A stretch of 63,920 bases of DNA, counting the filler, from Dimorphilus gyrociliatus (Eukaryota > Animalia > Annelida): NCBI GenBank assembly GCA_904063045.1. It is 5 parts of 5 records of this genome, joined end to end, with 100 filler letters (N's around TTAATTAATTAA, not from the genome) between each part and the next. Parts side by side here need not be neighbours in the genome. Positions count along the whole stretch, not along the records: positions 45,306 to 58,346 come from CAJFCJ010000040.1; 4 more parts are not named here. One strand, 5' to 3'. Shown here piece by piece: positions 46,973 to 57,954 of the stretch. The notes below the pieces were generated by a model. The model was not told the origin of the DNA. It saw only the letters and a list, made by a program, of their open reading frames with translations, and searched no databases. The stretch's first letter is position 1; every line of letters begins with the position of its first letter. The translations under genes were made by a program, and so were the position numbers.

Positions 46973-47330
46973 TGTCTCATCATTGCAACAGTTATTTTGA
47001 ATTGTTGACTTTGGTTATGCTGTCTAGTCCTTTTTCTGCAAAGCAATGGGAGGGAGACTTGTTTGTTTTCAAAGTCAATATTAGCTCCCACACTATGTAG
47101 GAAATCACACCCAAGTATTATGGCTATGTCCAACTTTTTCATAACAATAAATTCTTGTTCCATGGTTCCTCCAGCAAACTGGATTTTGATTATTGCTGTT
47201 CCTTTGGGCTTTAAAACCTTACCTTCTGCTGAAGTTATGACTGGTACACCAGTTAGTTCTTTGTCCATAATTTGAAGGTCCATTGAAATATAATTTTAAG
47301 TACAAAGCACCAGCTTGAATTGTTAGCAAA
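46972..47330 (-). mobile_element. Retroelement aspartic-protease relic, paralogous to the post-integrase PR
   Basis: PVITSAEGKVLKPKG...MEQEFIVMKKLDIAIILGCDFL..VGANIDFE versus PIITSADGKALKQKG...MEQEFIVMENLDIAIILGCDFL..VGANLNFE. The DTG region is decayed. Confidence 0.88.
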
Positions 47331-48234
47331 GTGAAAATATGGTTTGTTGATGGAACAACCTCCATTCTACCAACTGTTTTCTATTCATGGTTTTAAAAGG
47401 AAAACTTGTGAATATCATCAAATTCACTTGGTATTTGTTTTGATGAGTGGCAAAAAAAGAAAATATTACTATTTAATGTCCAATTTAAGATGCTGTCAAT
47501 TGTTTTCAAAAGAATTATTTACATCAACAACAGCATGTGATACCAGTTTAGCAGCATTTGATTTTGAATTGAAAATTCTTAAAAATTTTAATTCCATAAT
47601 TGAATTCAAATATTCAGATATATCCGTATTTTTCCAATTACAATGATGCATATACAATGTACACATTTAGGCAGTTTGTAGGTACTAAACACATAAGCTT
47701 GTAACCAGGCTCACAAATTCACACAATACACCCAAATTGTTACATTTCATTCATCAATGGAAAGCAATATTGAAAGAGTATTATAAAGTACTCTACACGC
47801 CTAAAACTACAACATACACTATTTAAACTAACTAGATGTTAACCCAAATTATTATACACATCATATTTAATGAATATTAATTATATCTTCCACTATTCTA
47901 TTTATATTTGGAGTTTTTAGATTATTGTCACTTTTCAACAGTATTGTATGCACAATACTATATTAGATGATTAAGTTTAATACTTTTATCCTACCAGTCC
48001 TTTACACAGAAACATATTATCTTACACAAACAATTATTATTAATAATTTGTTGTATATTAAAACGGCATCAAGTTGACCTTTTCCTATTTTTGTGTTTTG
48101 GAATCAATCCAACTTCTATTAATAATTGTTACATCTTAGGCAACTTTCTGACCTACTAAAATAGGGAGCAAAAGTTCTCCAAGATAAAGAAAAAGTAACA
48201 AACATGGAAGTATATTTGAACTTTCCCTTTATCC

Positions 48235-48586
48235 AAATTGTTACATTTCTTTGTGTGAATATTTTTATCTGTGAACTGTGAACTATTGGAAAAGTATATA
48301 AACCCTACGAATTTAACAGTAGTCAGTTCAGTTTTCTAACCATCAGCTGGTTGTTCAAACTTGCTTGTTTAGAACTAGAAACTCATTTACTCAAATACAT
48401 ATTCTTTGAATGAAATACTGGTGTTTGTTGGTTAATTTTTACTGGAATTACATTTATTAAGACTACTTGTGGACGAACTTGAAAGGTTCTATTTGGACCA
48501 GTACTTTGGCACATTGGTAAATGATTGGAGAGGACGAATTTGATAGTGACGAGCTAGGACTTCCTACAATTACAATACAACAAAGT
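48235..48586 (+). mobile_element. Relic LTR-end plus gag start (relic 2)
   Basis: Direct repeat of 45345-45702; left end approximate. Confidence 0.6.
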
Positions 48587-49976
48587 ACATACAAATTATC
48601 AAATTGTTGAAATTTTTCATGTTTAATCATCTTTAAAAAATTTAAACTAGTATCCTTTGTAAATTCATTATAACTTATATCCAAAGTTTTTATTGAAGTT
48701 AGTTCAGTCCAAATATTTGTCAATGTTGTTAAAAAATCATCAGATAGTTGACAATTTTTTAGGTGAATTTTTCTTATAACATTTAGAGATAGGATCTTAT
48801 TTGGACAAGTGAAAAGTTCATTAAACTCTTTCAAATTTAAATTTGAATTTGAATGTACAATTTTCAAATATTTAAAATTAGAATAATTAGAGAAATTAAT
48901 ATCATTCAATAAGTCATTAAAAGTTGAATTGTAGCAATTTGTAGCAAGGATTTTTAAACTAATTGAAAAAGAAGTTAGCTTTTTAATAAAATTACATATC
49001 AAGATATTATCTAGAGAATTTCCACCAAAATCTAGATATATCAAATCCAGTTTTATCATCAAGAAATCATCAATATTTGTTGCTGTCTTCATTGTTATTT
49101 GATTATTTGGGCATTTAATAATTGGTAATTTTAATACTTTTAGACAATGTGCTGAAAAAATAGATGTAAAAAAATCCAAAGTATCAACAAATTTATCAAT
49201 CAAATCAACTTGATTACCATCCATTTCTAAAGTATTTAAACAATTGTGATTTTTAAGTAAATTAAGTAAATCATTTGATTTTGTAATCATTTAACAATCA
49301 TTACATTTGAGAGATGATAATGATATTGTCAAATTACTTAATATTTCAAAGAAATTCTTTCCCAGATCATTTAATAATGAAATTCCAGATATATTTAATT
49401 TTTGTAATTTGAAATTGTCTTTAAAAAATTGTTTCAAATATAATTTTCTACCAACTTTTACCAGTTTACATATTTTTAAATTTGGACAATTGATTTCAAT
49501 CGCTTCTGCCAATCCACAATTTTCAATATATAATTCTTTCAAACTATTTGATTGAAATTTTTTAAAAATTTTAAATAATTTAAAAATTGTTCAACTTTGA
49601 AAAATAAGCCAAAATTTTCTTGATTTTTATTACAATTTCTCAATAAAAGTTGAGTTGGTGTCAATATATCATCAAATTTAATATTAGAAGAATTTTAATT
49701 GTTCAATGAAAATTTAGGATAGAATTCAAATTCCATTTGAAAAGAATATTTTCTTTCAATAATTACATTTTTCCATGTATTTTTAATCAAATTTTCAATT
49801 TCAGTATATTTCTTATCAAAGAATTGAATACTTTCTATAATTTTCAACAGTTTGCTGCTATCATCAAAGCAATTTAAATTAATTTTTAACTCTTGTAATT
49901 TTTTATTAAATAATTTATCATTTTCTAGAACAGCTTTAATCTGTTTTGCATGATATTTTAAAAGAGGATTTTTCAT
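48587..49976 (-). pseudogene. Leucine-rich-repeat (RI-like) gene, frameshifted and 3'-truncated
   Basis: LxxLxLxxC/N repeats (KELYIENCGL, LQKLNISGISL, IHLKNCQLS, IKTLDISYNEF) spread over three ORFs. Confidence 0.75.
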
Positions 49977-50448
49977 TGTTCACAAATATCTTTTCACATG
50001 AAAATCACACCTTTGGGAAATATTCATCACATTTCTTTTTAATTTCTGGTTACAGTGTGAAGAGAGCTGATTTTTAAACTCAAAATGGCTTCTATTATCT
50101 GTTCTTTTTAGATTAAGAGAGTATTTGTCACTTACATAATCAATCTAAAGAATTACCAATACAGATATATATATATATATATATACATATCAGCAGGCTA
50201 ATTTTGCTGAGGTAGATTGTTTTTCCAATTGCTTCAATGTCAATACTGAGTCACTTTTGCGAAAAAATATTCCAATTTTTTAATGCGATGTCTCTCCTCT
50301 TCAGATTTCTTTCATTTATTGATCAACCAATATTGTTCTATTTATAGGAAGTAGTATTGATCAATGTTTTATATTTAACAAATTAGCAGCAGTATTGACT
50401 TTGAATACATTGTTTTTGAAATTGATGATGATATACTAATTCCAGGGC

Positions 50449-50501
50449 CAAACTCAATTCTCTTTCTTCAAATTTACTCAACAACTGAAATATTTTAAAT
50501 T
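50449..50501 (-). mobile_element. MULE transposase 3' remnant
   Basis: Near-identical to 14531-14583 in contig 1. Confidence 0.7.
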
Positions 50502-50718
50502 CAAAAATCTTAAAGAAAAATTTTCTTAAAATTGACTTTGTAATGTAATTCCTTTTATACATTTCAAAAAGCCTGGGTTCACTTGGTCAAAGTCTAAATA
50601 TTGTCATGTTATTATTTCTAAGTGCACAAAAATTGTCCATCAATCAACTTTCAAATTATAACATTATTATCAAATATTCTTCAATATTCTCTAAAATTCT
50701 CAAATATTATCCAGGGTT

Positions 50719-50859
50719 AATATCAAAGCAATCCACAAGGTGTCTAATATCAATACCATCCACCAGGTGTCTAATATCAATACCATCCACCAGGTGTCTA
50801 ATATCAATACCATCCACCAGGTGTCTAATATCAATACCATCCACCAGGTGGCTACTATC
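50719..50859. repeat. 27-bp minisatellite, about 5 copies
   Basis: TCCACCAGGTGTCTAATATCAATACCA repeated. Confidence 0.9.
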
Positions 50860-51454
50860 AAAAATATTCAAGAGTCAAAATGAATCAATACCTTTATTGA
50901 AAACGTAATAAGAACTTTTCCCAAGTTAAAATTCACACTTGCAAACAATACATAACATTAAAAAAAAGACTCCAGACATTTTATCAAACTTTTGCGAACT
51001 GTAACTTTGTTAATACTACTCCAATTGTACTCAAATTTTGTATGAGCTTGCATCTCACAAAAACAAACATCATGCATCAATAAAAATTCTTGACCCAAAT
51101 TATGACCTTGCATGTATAATTTTTTTTTAAAAGTTATAAAAAAAACAATAGGTAAACTAAAAGCACTATTAGGTATATCTTTAGACAAAAAGTTGAATAG
51201 GCCCAAGTTACATGTTCCTAATAAATATCAACTTTAAAAACGCATTGGAAGTTTGTTTTTTTATCTCTATAGAATGATAGTAGTTTTTTTAAACGTTTTT
51301 AAAAAACAACAGCCAAAGTTAAAACATTTTGAGGTCGATTTTTGCAGATTTATAATCAATAGCCAAAACTGTATAAGTCCATAAGTGATTAACCCAAAAT
51401 TTCTTTGGGGACCCCTATGCAATCTTAACGCTAATCCTGAGAACATTTTCAGAC

Positions 51455-51664
51455 TTGCTGGAATATTTCGAAAATACTTGGATTTTGAATTCTACTTGGA
51501 AACCATTGAATTGGTCAGTCTTTGGATTATTAATAGGGACTAATAATAGTGTGGAAGGATGGTACAATAGACTGAATAATAAAGTACAGAAAATATTTGA
51601 AATTTGGGATGATTATAGGCTTGGAAGGATATTAGCTGATGAATCCATTGTTTTCTTGAGTTAG
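51455..51664 (+). mobile_element. MULE transposase C-terminal fragment
   Basis: YFENTWI...W...TNNSVEGWYNRLN. Confidence 0.8.
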
Positions 51665-52096
51665 CATATAGTATAATAGCTCTTCAATAAATATATTATC
51701 ATATTTTTTTATTTCTATAAATATCAACAACAACCGTTTTCCTTGGTCATCGTAAGACATTCACCCCTAATGGGTATGGATTTACCTGTAACCCTAATCT
51801 CTGTGGTTATTATATTATAAATATCTATATATAATCTAAATGGATTTCCTACTTTCATTTTAATAGTTCATTAAGATTTTAAACAGTTTTCATTACAAAG
51901 GTTGCTAGTAGTTTCTCAAATAAACACTTAACAAAACTAGAGACAGTTCCTTTGTTGGATTTATTCAAATCAATGAGTAAATGTGTTAATCTCAAAAGAA
52001 AAGAAAGCATGATCAATGATTTTGTAATCTAAATCTAAAATAGACAATCGATAAATAATAATCCTTATAAATATTTCAAAAAACGCTATAGGTGCA

Positions 52097-52438
52097 GTGT
52101 TTGAAAGAGCTCTAACAGTTTTACAGCATTGTCTGCAATTAGAATTTCAATTTATTTCTATAGGAACGATGGCAGAAGGCATAACTGAAGGTGTTAGTAA
52201 ATTAAGCATAAATTATGACTGTATTATCAAAATACCAATAGAAAAACTACGTCACATTAAAAATGGTAATACATTTCATTTTTCATTTAAATACAATGAG
52301 ACATTTTACTTTCTAGAAAAATGTGAATTTAGACATAGAGACAGGGATTATAATGAAAGCCAATTTTACTATCCAGCAGATGAAGATCTTCCAAATGGAA
52401 TATTCTATTATCCTGATAGCGAAAAAGTATATATTTGA
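52097..52438 (+). CDS. Hypothetical ORF next to the copy C insertion site
   Basis: 113-codon ORF with no motif; possible start at MAEGITE. Confidence 0.3.
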   Translation: MFERALTVLQHCLQLEFQFISIGTMAEGITEGVSKLSINYDCIIKIPIEKLRHIKNGNTFHFSFKYNETFYFLEKCEFRHRDRDYNESQFYYPADEDLPNGIFYYPDSEKVYI

Positions 52439-52460
52439 ATGTGTGGAACACGCATTTTAT

Positions 52461-53095
52461 TGTACTGCTCTTGCTGGCAAAATCTATGCGTTTGCAAGTT
52501 ATAACAATACTGGTTCTACTCGAACCTTTAAACAAATGTTTAAATTAAAATGGTTTATTCGCAATAATAATACTTAAGCAAGTAACAATATGAGAGTTCG
52601 ATAGCAGAGTAGATAGTTTGTAATAGCAGGTTGCCAAATTACCAAACTGTCTTCCAATGTTGAGGAGTAGATGGATGGTTCCAGTGGAGGTTGTTTCCAG
52701 ATGATTTTCCCAGGTCCTTGGGTCCAGATGGAAGCTGCATGCCAAATGAGAATAATGAGGATTTATATACTTTGAGGTTTGTCTCTGACATCCAATCATC
52801 ACTTTACAGTTGCCGAAATGTGTAGTTCATATTTATCTTTAGTAACAGGATGTTACAAGGTTCAACATTTAGGAAGGTTAATTGAATTATAACTTGGCCA
52901 CACCCTAGGCAAGTTAATTAAATTATAACTTGGCCAAACCTTTATTGGTAATTAAAGATGAGCCTTCAAGCTGACTAATCAGACTTATGTTTGGCCAATG
53001 TTATAGCATTTTCTTGCGTAGGTTTTAAGATGTACATGTATATGTTGCATAAAATAATAGAGTTCAAGCATGTAAAATATAACCAAAGTTGTACA
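52461..53095 (-). repeat. 3' LTR of copy C
   Basis: 635 bp, TG...CA, with PPT at 53097-53110. Confidence 0.95.
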
Positions 53096-53126
53096 ACTTC
53101 CCCCTTCTTTGTGAAGATGAGTCCCT

Positions 53127-56100
53127 TCATCTTGATTTAATGAGAATTACAGGTGGTTGTTCTTCTTCATTAGTTTGATGTTGACTAAAGCTACAACTTT
53201 GTTTCATTAGTTTTGGGTTTTCAGGAGAGTTATCTGTGCTCTCACTTGGGGTAGCAATTTCTTCTCTTTGTTTTCTTCTTCCAATAATATAGTTGAAAAT
53301 GATGATACATACCATTGACACTACAATACTCAAACAAATATTTCGTATGATAACATAAAGTGTTTTCCCAGGTTTATAGTACCAACTATGGAAAAACTGT
53401 TTAATTCCAGATAAATTGGGTACAATGCCATTTTTCTCTGCAACAGTGACCATGTTATCATACCTTGCCTGCTTCTGTTCCAGTGAACTGATAACTTGCT
53501 TAATTTTTGAGTGCTGGTATGCAATATCCTTCTTTACCCCATGGTGGAGTAGATCAGCTAATCTGGCAATTTCAATTTTTGGTTCAGAAAGGTGATTGTG
53601 GATATGTAACTGCATGGATTTTGCAGACACAGTGTGAAATCTGCATCCTCTTTCTGAATAATACACATACGTTTTGTCTTTCATTGGTTGGTTTCTTATA
53701 GGATTTAATGGGTTGTGAGTTGTTTTGTAGAATAACTTGTTAGACTTACACTCATTATAGGTAATCTCTTCAGGATTGACTTGCTGTAAAACATGAGTAA
53801 CTGGTTCTACTTGGAAAAGCAGGTTGTTCATGGTGACAAGTAAAAATTGAGAACATTTGTTATTCTTTTTTATCATGCTTAAGTCACAAACTACTTCTGT
53901 TGAGGCTATTGGTGAACATTGTTTAATTATAGCTAATTCTCCCATCTGACTACTGTGCATTCCCAACTCATTTGTTAACACTGTGGTCAATTGAGGATCC
54001 AAATTTGCTAGTAATGCCATCATTCTGCTTCTTTGAACAAATTGATTGCAGAGAAGACTTGACAGCTGTTGGGTAAACTTTTTTAAATTCTTAAAATTTG
54101 AATCAATACCATGTAGTAAGGTAGATGTTTGGGCAGCTTCTCTCATTTCCAATGGGAATTTGTGGTATGGGTTTTTACTTATCTTATGTTTCAGTTTTGC
54201 TTCCTTCTTCATCTGCTTTTTAGCCATTCTCATGTGTAGAGTAAAATAAATTCCTTCATAGGTAATCTTAAATTCTCTGGCTGGTGGTCCTTTATACCAT
54301 ATGCCCAATGTTGGTAATACCTTCTTTTTGATTCTTTTCTCACTGTATACATATTTTGAAATCGTCACAGATTGTCTTGTTGCCCTTGTCCAATTGACTG
54401 CTTGCAGCATTTCTTGGATATAATAGTTATCCAGCTCCCAGTAAGATGGACTAATGGGTTGTTGTAGATGATATATCACAACTTCCTTGAGTGTGCCTTT
54501 ATTTCTCATTAGTTTATACTTTGTGTTTGTTTCTCTGTACCATTGGTTAAGACTTGGTAAGGGGTTGTTTCGCTTGTATAGTATAATTTGTTCTTTAACT
54601 TTATTGGGATAGTTTAATAGTCGTTTTTCTTCATTTTTGCCAATCTTCTGATATTGTAGCAAATTGTATAGGTGTTCCTTGCTTGTTTCCTGTATTAAAC
54701 TCTGTTCCTCCAGTGGTACTAGTACTTTTGTTCCAGGACCACCAATTCCATCAATAAACTTATCTTGATAAGGGATGTCCAGAATAGAATACCCTGGACA
54801 AGAATAGTGACCAGCAAATTTGATACAACTAATTCTGTTGCTAATTTTTATCCATGGTGATTGTTGCCCAAGTGTGTAATTATTCTTGAGGTTTCTAAAG
54901 ACAATAATTGCCTCTTCTGTCTCACAATAGGACTGCCCTGGTAAACAATCTTCCAGGTAGTCCAGATTAGTTGTAATTTTCATATTAGGAGGTTGCCAAT
55001 ATGCTTTGCCAAACTGGATAATTGTGGTGTATTCCAGCACCTTGGTCGTTGTTGGCCATGTGTAGGCAGCAGGAAACTGATCTTGGTGGATCCAAGTGTT
55101 TCTTTTCACCATTAAAGGTTTTCCTTGAAAAGATCGTTTGTCTTTTATCATCTGTCTGCATTGATCATGAGTTACTTTGATAACTGAGTTAACAATCCTC
55201 CTCTTCTTTGCTCCAAAGAAATAGTAAGTGTAAAAATTAGTTCTTAGATACACTTGACATTTTACTGCTCTTGTTTCAATTTCTTCCAAGTTCAATTCAT
55301 AGATATCAGCTGTAATTGTCTTGGTTTCTTGTGATTCTATATTACAAGTTGGCTCATCTGCTAGATCAAATGCCTGGCTTGGTAGTTGGTTAGAACAAAA
55401 GTATAACGGTGGTTTAAATGTTAAGGTAATGTTTGCACTTGTAACATGGGCACCTTGGTAGGATGGTTTTGGGACTGTTATTGAGTGGATGCAGCCACAG
55501 ATCACCATTACAGTCATCACTAGTGGAAGCCACAACATCTGTTTCATGTTAGCTCTTCCTGTGTTGGCTATAGTTGAATGGTTGAAAGTTTTGTGTTGTT
55601 GTTCCACTCTGATAGTTATTCCATCTTCTAACTCTATATATTGTGGTTCCACTTCTTGTTGGGAATCTAATTGTTCAGAGATGATTTTAGTCTCATCTAA
55701 AAATATGACTGACTCATTGTCTGTGTCACTTGTATTTTCTTTCTCATCTTGGGATGAATCTACCACTATGAGGGACTCATTATTCGAATGGGTTATGTCA
55801 ATAATTTCACCTTCAATAATTATTGACTCATTATCCGAATGGGTTATATCAATAATTTCGCTTTCAATAGTTATTGACTCATTGTCTGAACTAGATATTT
55901 CATCTTCTCTATCAGAGATAATGTTTGCCTCTGAATCTGTATTTTTATCCAGTTCATTATTTGTTTCTGTGTCATCACTTTCAGATGAGCTTGAAGGTTC
56001 ATTGAGACTGTAATTACTGTCTGTTTTGAAAGTATTGCTTGTGTCATAACCAGTATCAGAATTAGTAACTTCCATCTCTGAGTCATCACTATCTGAACTT

Positions 56101-56294
56101 TCTGATGAAGAGTCATGCTGTCCCATCATGGCTATAGTGACTTTGTTTAGTTGAGGTTGCCTTATTCTTTCAGCCAGGTTCCCTTTCCTTCTATCAAATT
56201 TGAGAGAACACTGTTTAGCTTCAAAATTGAGGTTTGCTCCCACAGTTTGTAGGAAATCACAACCAAGTATTATTGCTATGTCTAGATTTTCCAT
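53127..56294 (-). CDS. env: PR C-terminus, acidic linker and intact class III Env in one frame (Env proper starts at about Met 55547)
   Basis: 1055-aa ORF with an internal signal-like segment, fusion-loop-like YYFFG and YTWP, gB-like central helix and TM anchor. Confidence 0.88.
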   Translation of the reverse strand: MENLDIAIILGCDFLQTVGANLNFEAKQCSLKFDRRKGNLAERIRQPQLNKVTIAMMGQHDSSSESSDSDDSEMEVTNSDTGYDTSNTFKTDSNYSLNEPSSSSESDDTETNNELDKNTDSEANIISDREDEISSSDNESITIESEIIDITHSDNESIIIEGEIIDITHSNNESLIVVDSSQDEKENTSDTDNESVIFLDETKIISEQLDSQQEVEPQYIELEDGITIRVEQQHKTFNHSTIANTGRANMKQMLWLPLVMTVMVICGCIHSITVPKPSYQGAHVTSANITLTFKPPLYFCSNQLPSQAFDLADEPTCNIESQETKTITADIYELNLEEIETRAVKCQVYLRTNFYTYYFFGAKKRRIVNSVIKVTHDQCRQMIKDKRSFQGKPLMVKRNTWIHQDQFPAAYTWPTTTKVLEYTTIIQFGKAYWQPPNMKITTNLDYLEDCLPGQSYCETEEAIIVFRNLKNNYTLGQQSPWIKISNRISCIKFAGHYSCPGYSILDIPYQDKFIDGIGGPGTKVLVPLEEQSLIQETSKEHLYNLLQYQKIGKNEEKRLLNYPNKVKEQIILYKRNNPLPSLNQWYRETNTKYKLMRNKGTLKEVVIYHLQQPISPSYWELDNYYIQEMLQAVNWTRATRQSVTISKYVYSEKRIKKKVLPTLGIWYKGPPAREFKITYEGIYFTLHMRMAKKQMKKEAKLKHKISKNPYHKFPLEMREAAQTSTLLHGIDSNFKNLKKFTQQLSSLLCNQFVQRSRMMALLANLDPQLTTVLTNELGMHSSQMGELAIIKQCSPIASTEVVCDLSMIKKNNKCSQFLLVTMNNLLFQVEPVTHVLQQVNPEEITYNECKSNKLFYKTTHNPLNPIRNQPMKDKTYVYYSERGCRFHTVSAKSMQLHIHNHLSEPKIEIARLADLLHHGVKKDIAYQHSKIKQVISSLEQKQARYDNMVTVAEKNGIVPNLSGIKQFFHSWYYKPGKTLYVIIRNICLSIVVSMVCIIIFNYIIGRRKQREEIATPSESTDNSPENPKLMKQSCSFSQHQTNEEEQPPVILIKSR

Positions 56295-56433
56295 AACTAT
56301 AAATTCTTGTTCATACTTTCTCCAGCAAATTGGATATTCAGCTTTACGCTTCCTTTTTGCTTTAAAGCTTTCCCATCAGCTGAAGTTATAATTGGTAAGC
56401 CAATTGTTTCTTTATCCATAATTGTAACATCCA

Positions 56434-57954
56434 TTAACTTGATTTCTTTTCAGTAATAAAGGATCTCAATGCTCCTGTGTCACACAAGGCAATGACTTCT
56501 TGGCCTTTTTGATTCTTCAAACGGAATTGGAAGTCATTTCTTCCTTCTACCTGAGAAAGATATTGGAGGTGTGTTATTTCCTTCTCCACAAGGTGAAAGA
56601 TTGTTGTTGCTTCTTTCCCTGTTTCCAACTTATTAGATTCATTGGCTAGTCTTAATCTGCTACCATGTACCAACTTGCATGTATTATCATCCATTTGTAT
56701 TTCATATATCCACTTTTGATGATTGACTTTTGTTATTCGGTATGGGCCTAACCATTTTAAAGAAGGGATTTTTGTTATTGCAATTCTTGCAGCATCATTT
56801 CTTAAGAATACTTCATCATCAACCTCAAAATATTTTGGAAGATTGAGATTTCTATTCTTTCTTTCCCTATATTGTTCTTTTGCCATGATGGATTTACAGA
56901 AGGCTGTAGCTCTTAACTGTACCAATTGCTGCTGGTGATTGAATACAAATAGTACATTTGTTTCAGGAGAGGTAGTATGCATTGTTACATCAATCAGTGT
57001 TCTTGTGCTGGTGCCAAAAAGAAGTTCCTGGGGTGGTAGTCTTGTACTTCCTACAGGTGATTGATTCAAAAATGCTTGAATCAAGGGTAGGTTTGCAACC
57101 CAGTTATGCTGATTTTCTTCCACCACTAATTTATTGATTTCCTTCCTCACTTCTCTATTTCTTCGTTCAACTAGTCCATTGCTCTGGCTTCTATAAGCTG
57201 TTGTTTGGATTTTCTCAATACCTAATACCTTCATAAACTCTTTAAAAGCTTTACCAACAAAGTTTCTTCCTTGATCTGTCAACATTTGTTTTGGAATTCC
57301 AAAAATGGGAAAAAATCTGTTGAAAAGAAGGTTTGCAATTTCTTTACTGGTTTGCTGTTTGAGTGCATATAAAACTGTGTATCTACTGAAATGATCCACT
57401 ATCACAAGTATGAATCTGTATGACTTAACCATGGGTAAGGGTCCCATTATATCCATGGCTACCAACTCCATTGGTGATGCAGGGTGAAAGGTTTCTACCA
57501 AAGGGTATACTCTACTCCTACCATTCATTTGTTCACACAAAGTGCAATCCTTTATTGAATTCTCAATCATAATCTTTAATTTTGGGTGCCAAAAGGTCTT
57601 TGTAATTATTTGTAATGTCATTCTGGGTCCATGGTGATTGTGAATTTTATTTTTATGGAATTTAGGGAGCAGAGTTAGCATCAAATGGTCAGGTAAAACC
57701 AGAATGTTTCTTTCTTCAAGGATAATCCAGATCATTTCCTTGTGAACAAACATCTCCATTATGAAAGGTGTAAAAGTTCCAAAATAAGGAATAGGTAGCT
57801 GACCATCCAATGTTAAATATTCTTTAATTGATTTTAAATTCACATCTTTTTCTTGCTCTGACTGTAAGTCAACAGAAGACAAATCAATTTTCTCTTCACT
57901 GTTATCACTGGTAGCTACAAAAGTTAACTCTGGTGTATGTTCATACTGTTCCAT
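56434..57954 (-). CDS. pol: Integrase plus PR N-terminus (DTG at 56473-56481), copy C
   Basis: Identical to the copy B translation up to a 1-bp loss near 56450. Confidence 0.92.
   Translation of the reverse strand: MEQYEHTPELTFVATSDNSEEKIDLSSVDLQSEQEKDVNLKSIKEYLTLDGQLPIPYFGTFTPFIMEMFVHKEMIWIILEERNILVLPDHLMLTLLPKFHKNKIHNHHGPRMTLQIITKTFWHPKLKIMIENSIKDCTLCEQMNGRSRVYPLVETFHPASPMELVAMDIMGPLPMVKSYRFILVIVDHFSRYTVLYALKQQTSKEIANLLFNRFFPIFGIPKQMLTDQGRNFVGKAFKEFMKVLGIEKIQTTAYRSQSNGLVERRNREVRKEINKLVVEENQHNWVANLPLIQAFLNQSPVGSTRLPPQELLFGTSTRTLIDVTMHTTSPETNVLFVFNHQQQLVQLRATAFCKSIMAKEQYRERKNRNLNLPKYFEVDDEVFLRNDAARIAITKIPSLKWLGPYRITKVNHQKWIYEIQMDDNTCKLVHGSRLRLANESNKLETGKEATTIFHLVEKEITHLQYLSQVEGRNDFQFRLKNQKGQEVIALCDTGALRSFITEKKSS

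Noticed and set aside
9629-56013. Numerous short ORFs antisense to or overlapping transposon and host genes (e.g. 9629-9892, 12002-12322, 29397-29711, 55489-56013)
   Set aside because: Shadow frames of well-supported genes on the opposite strand.
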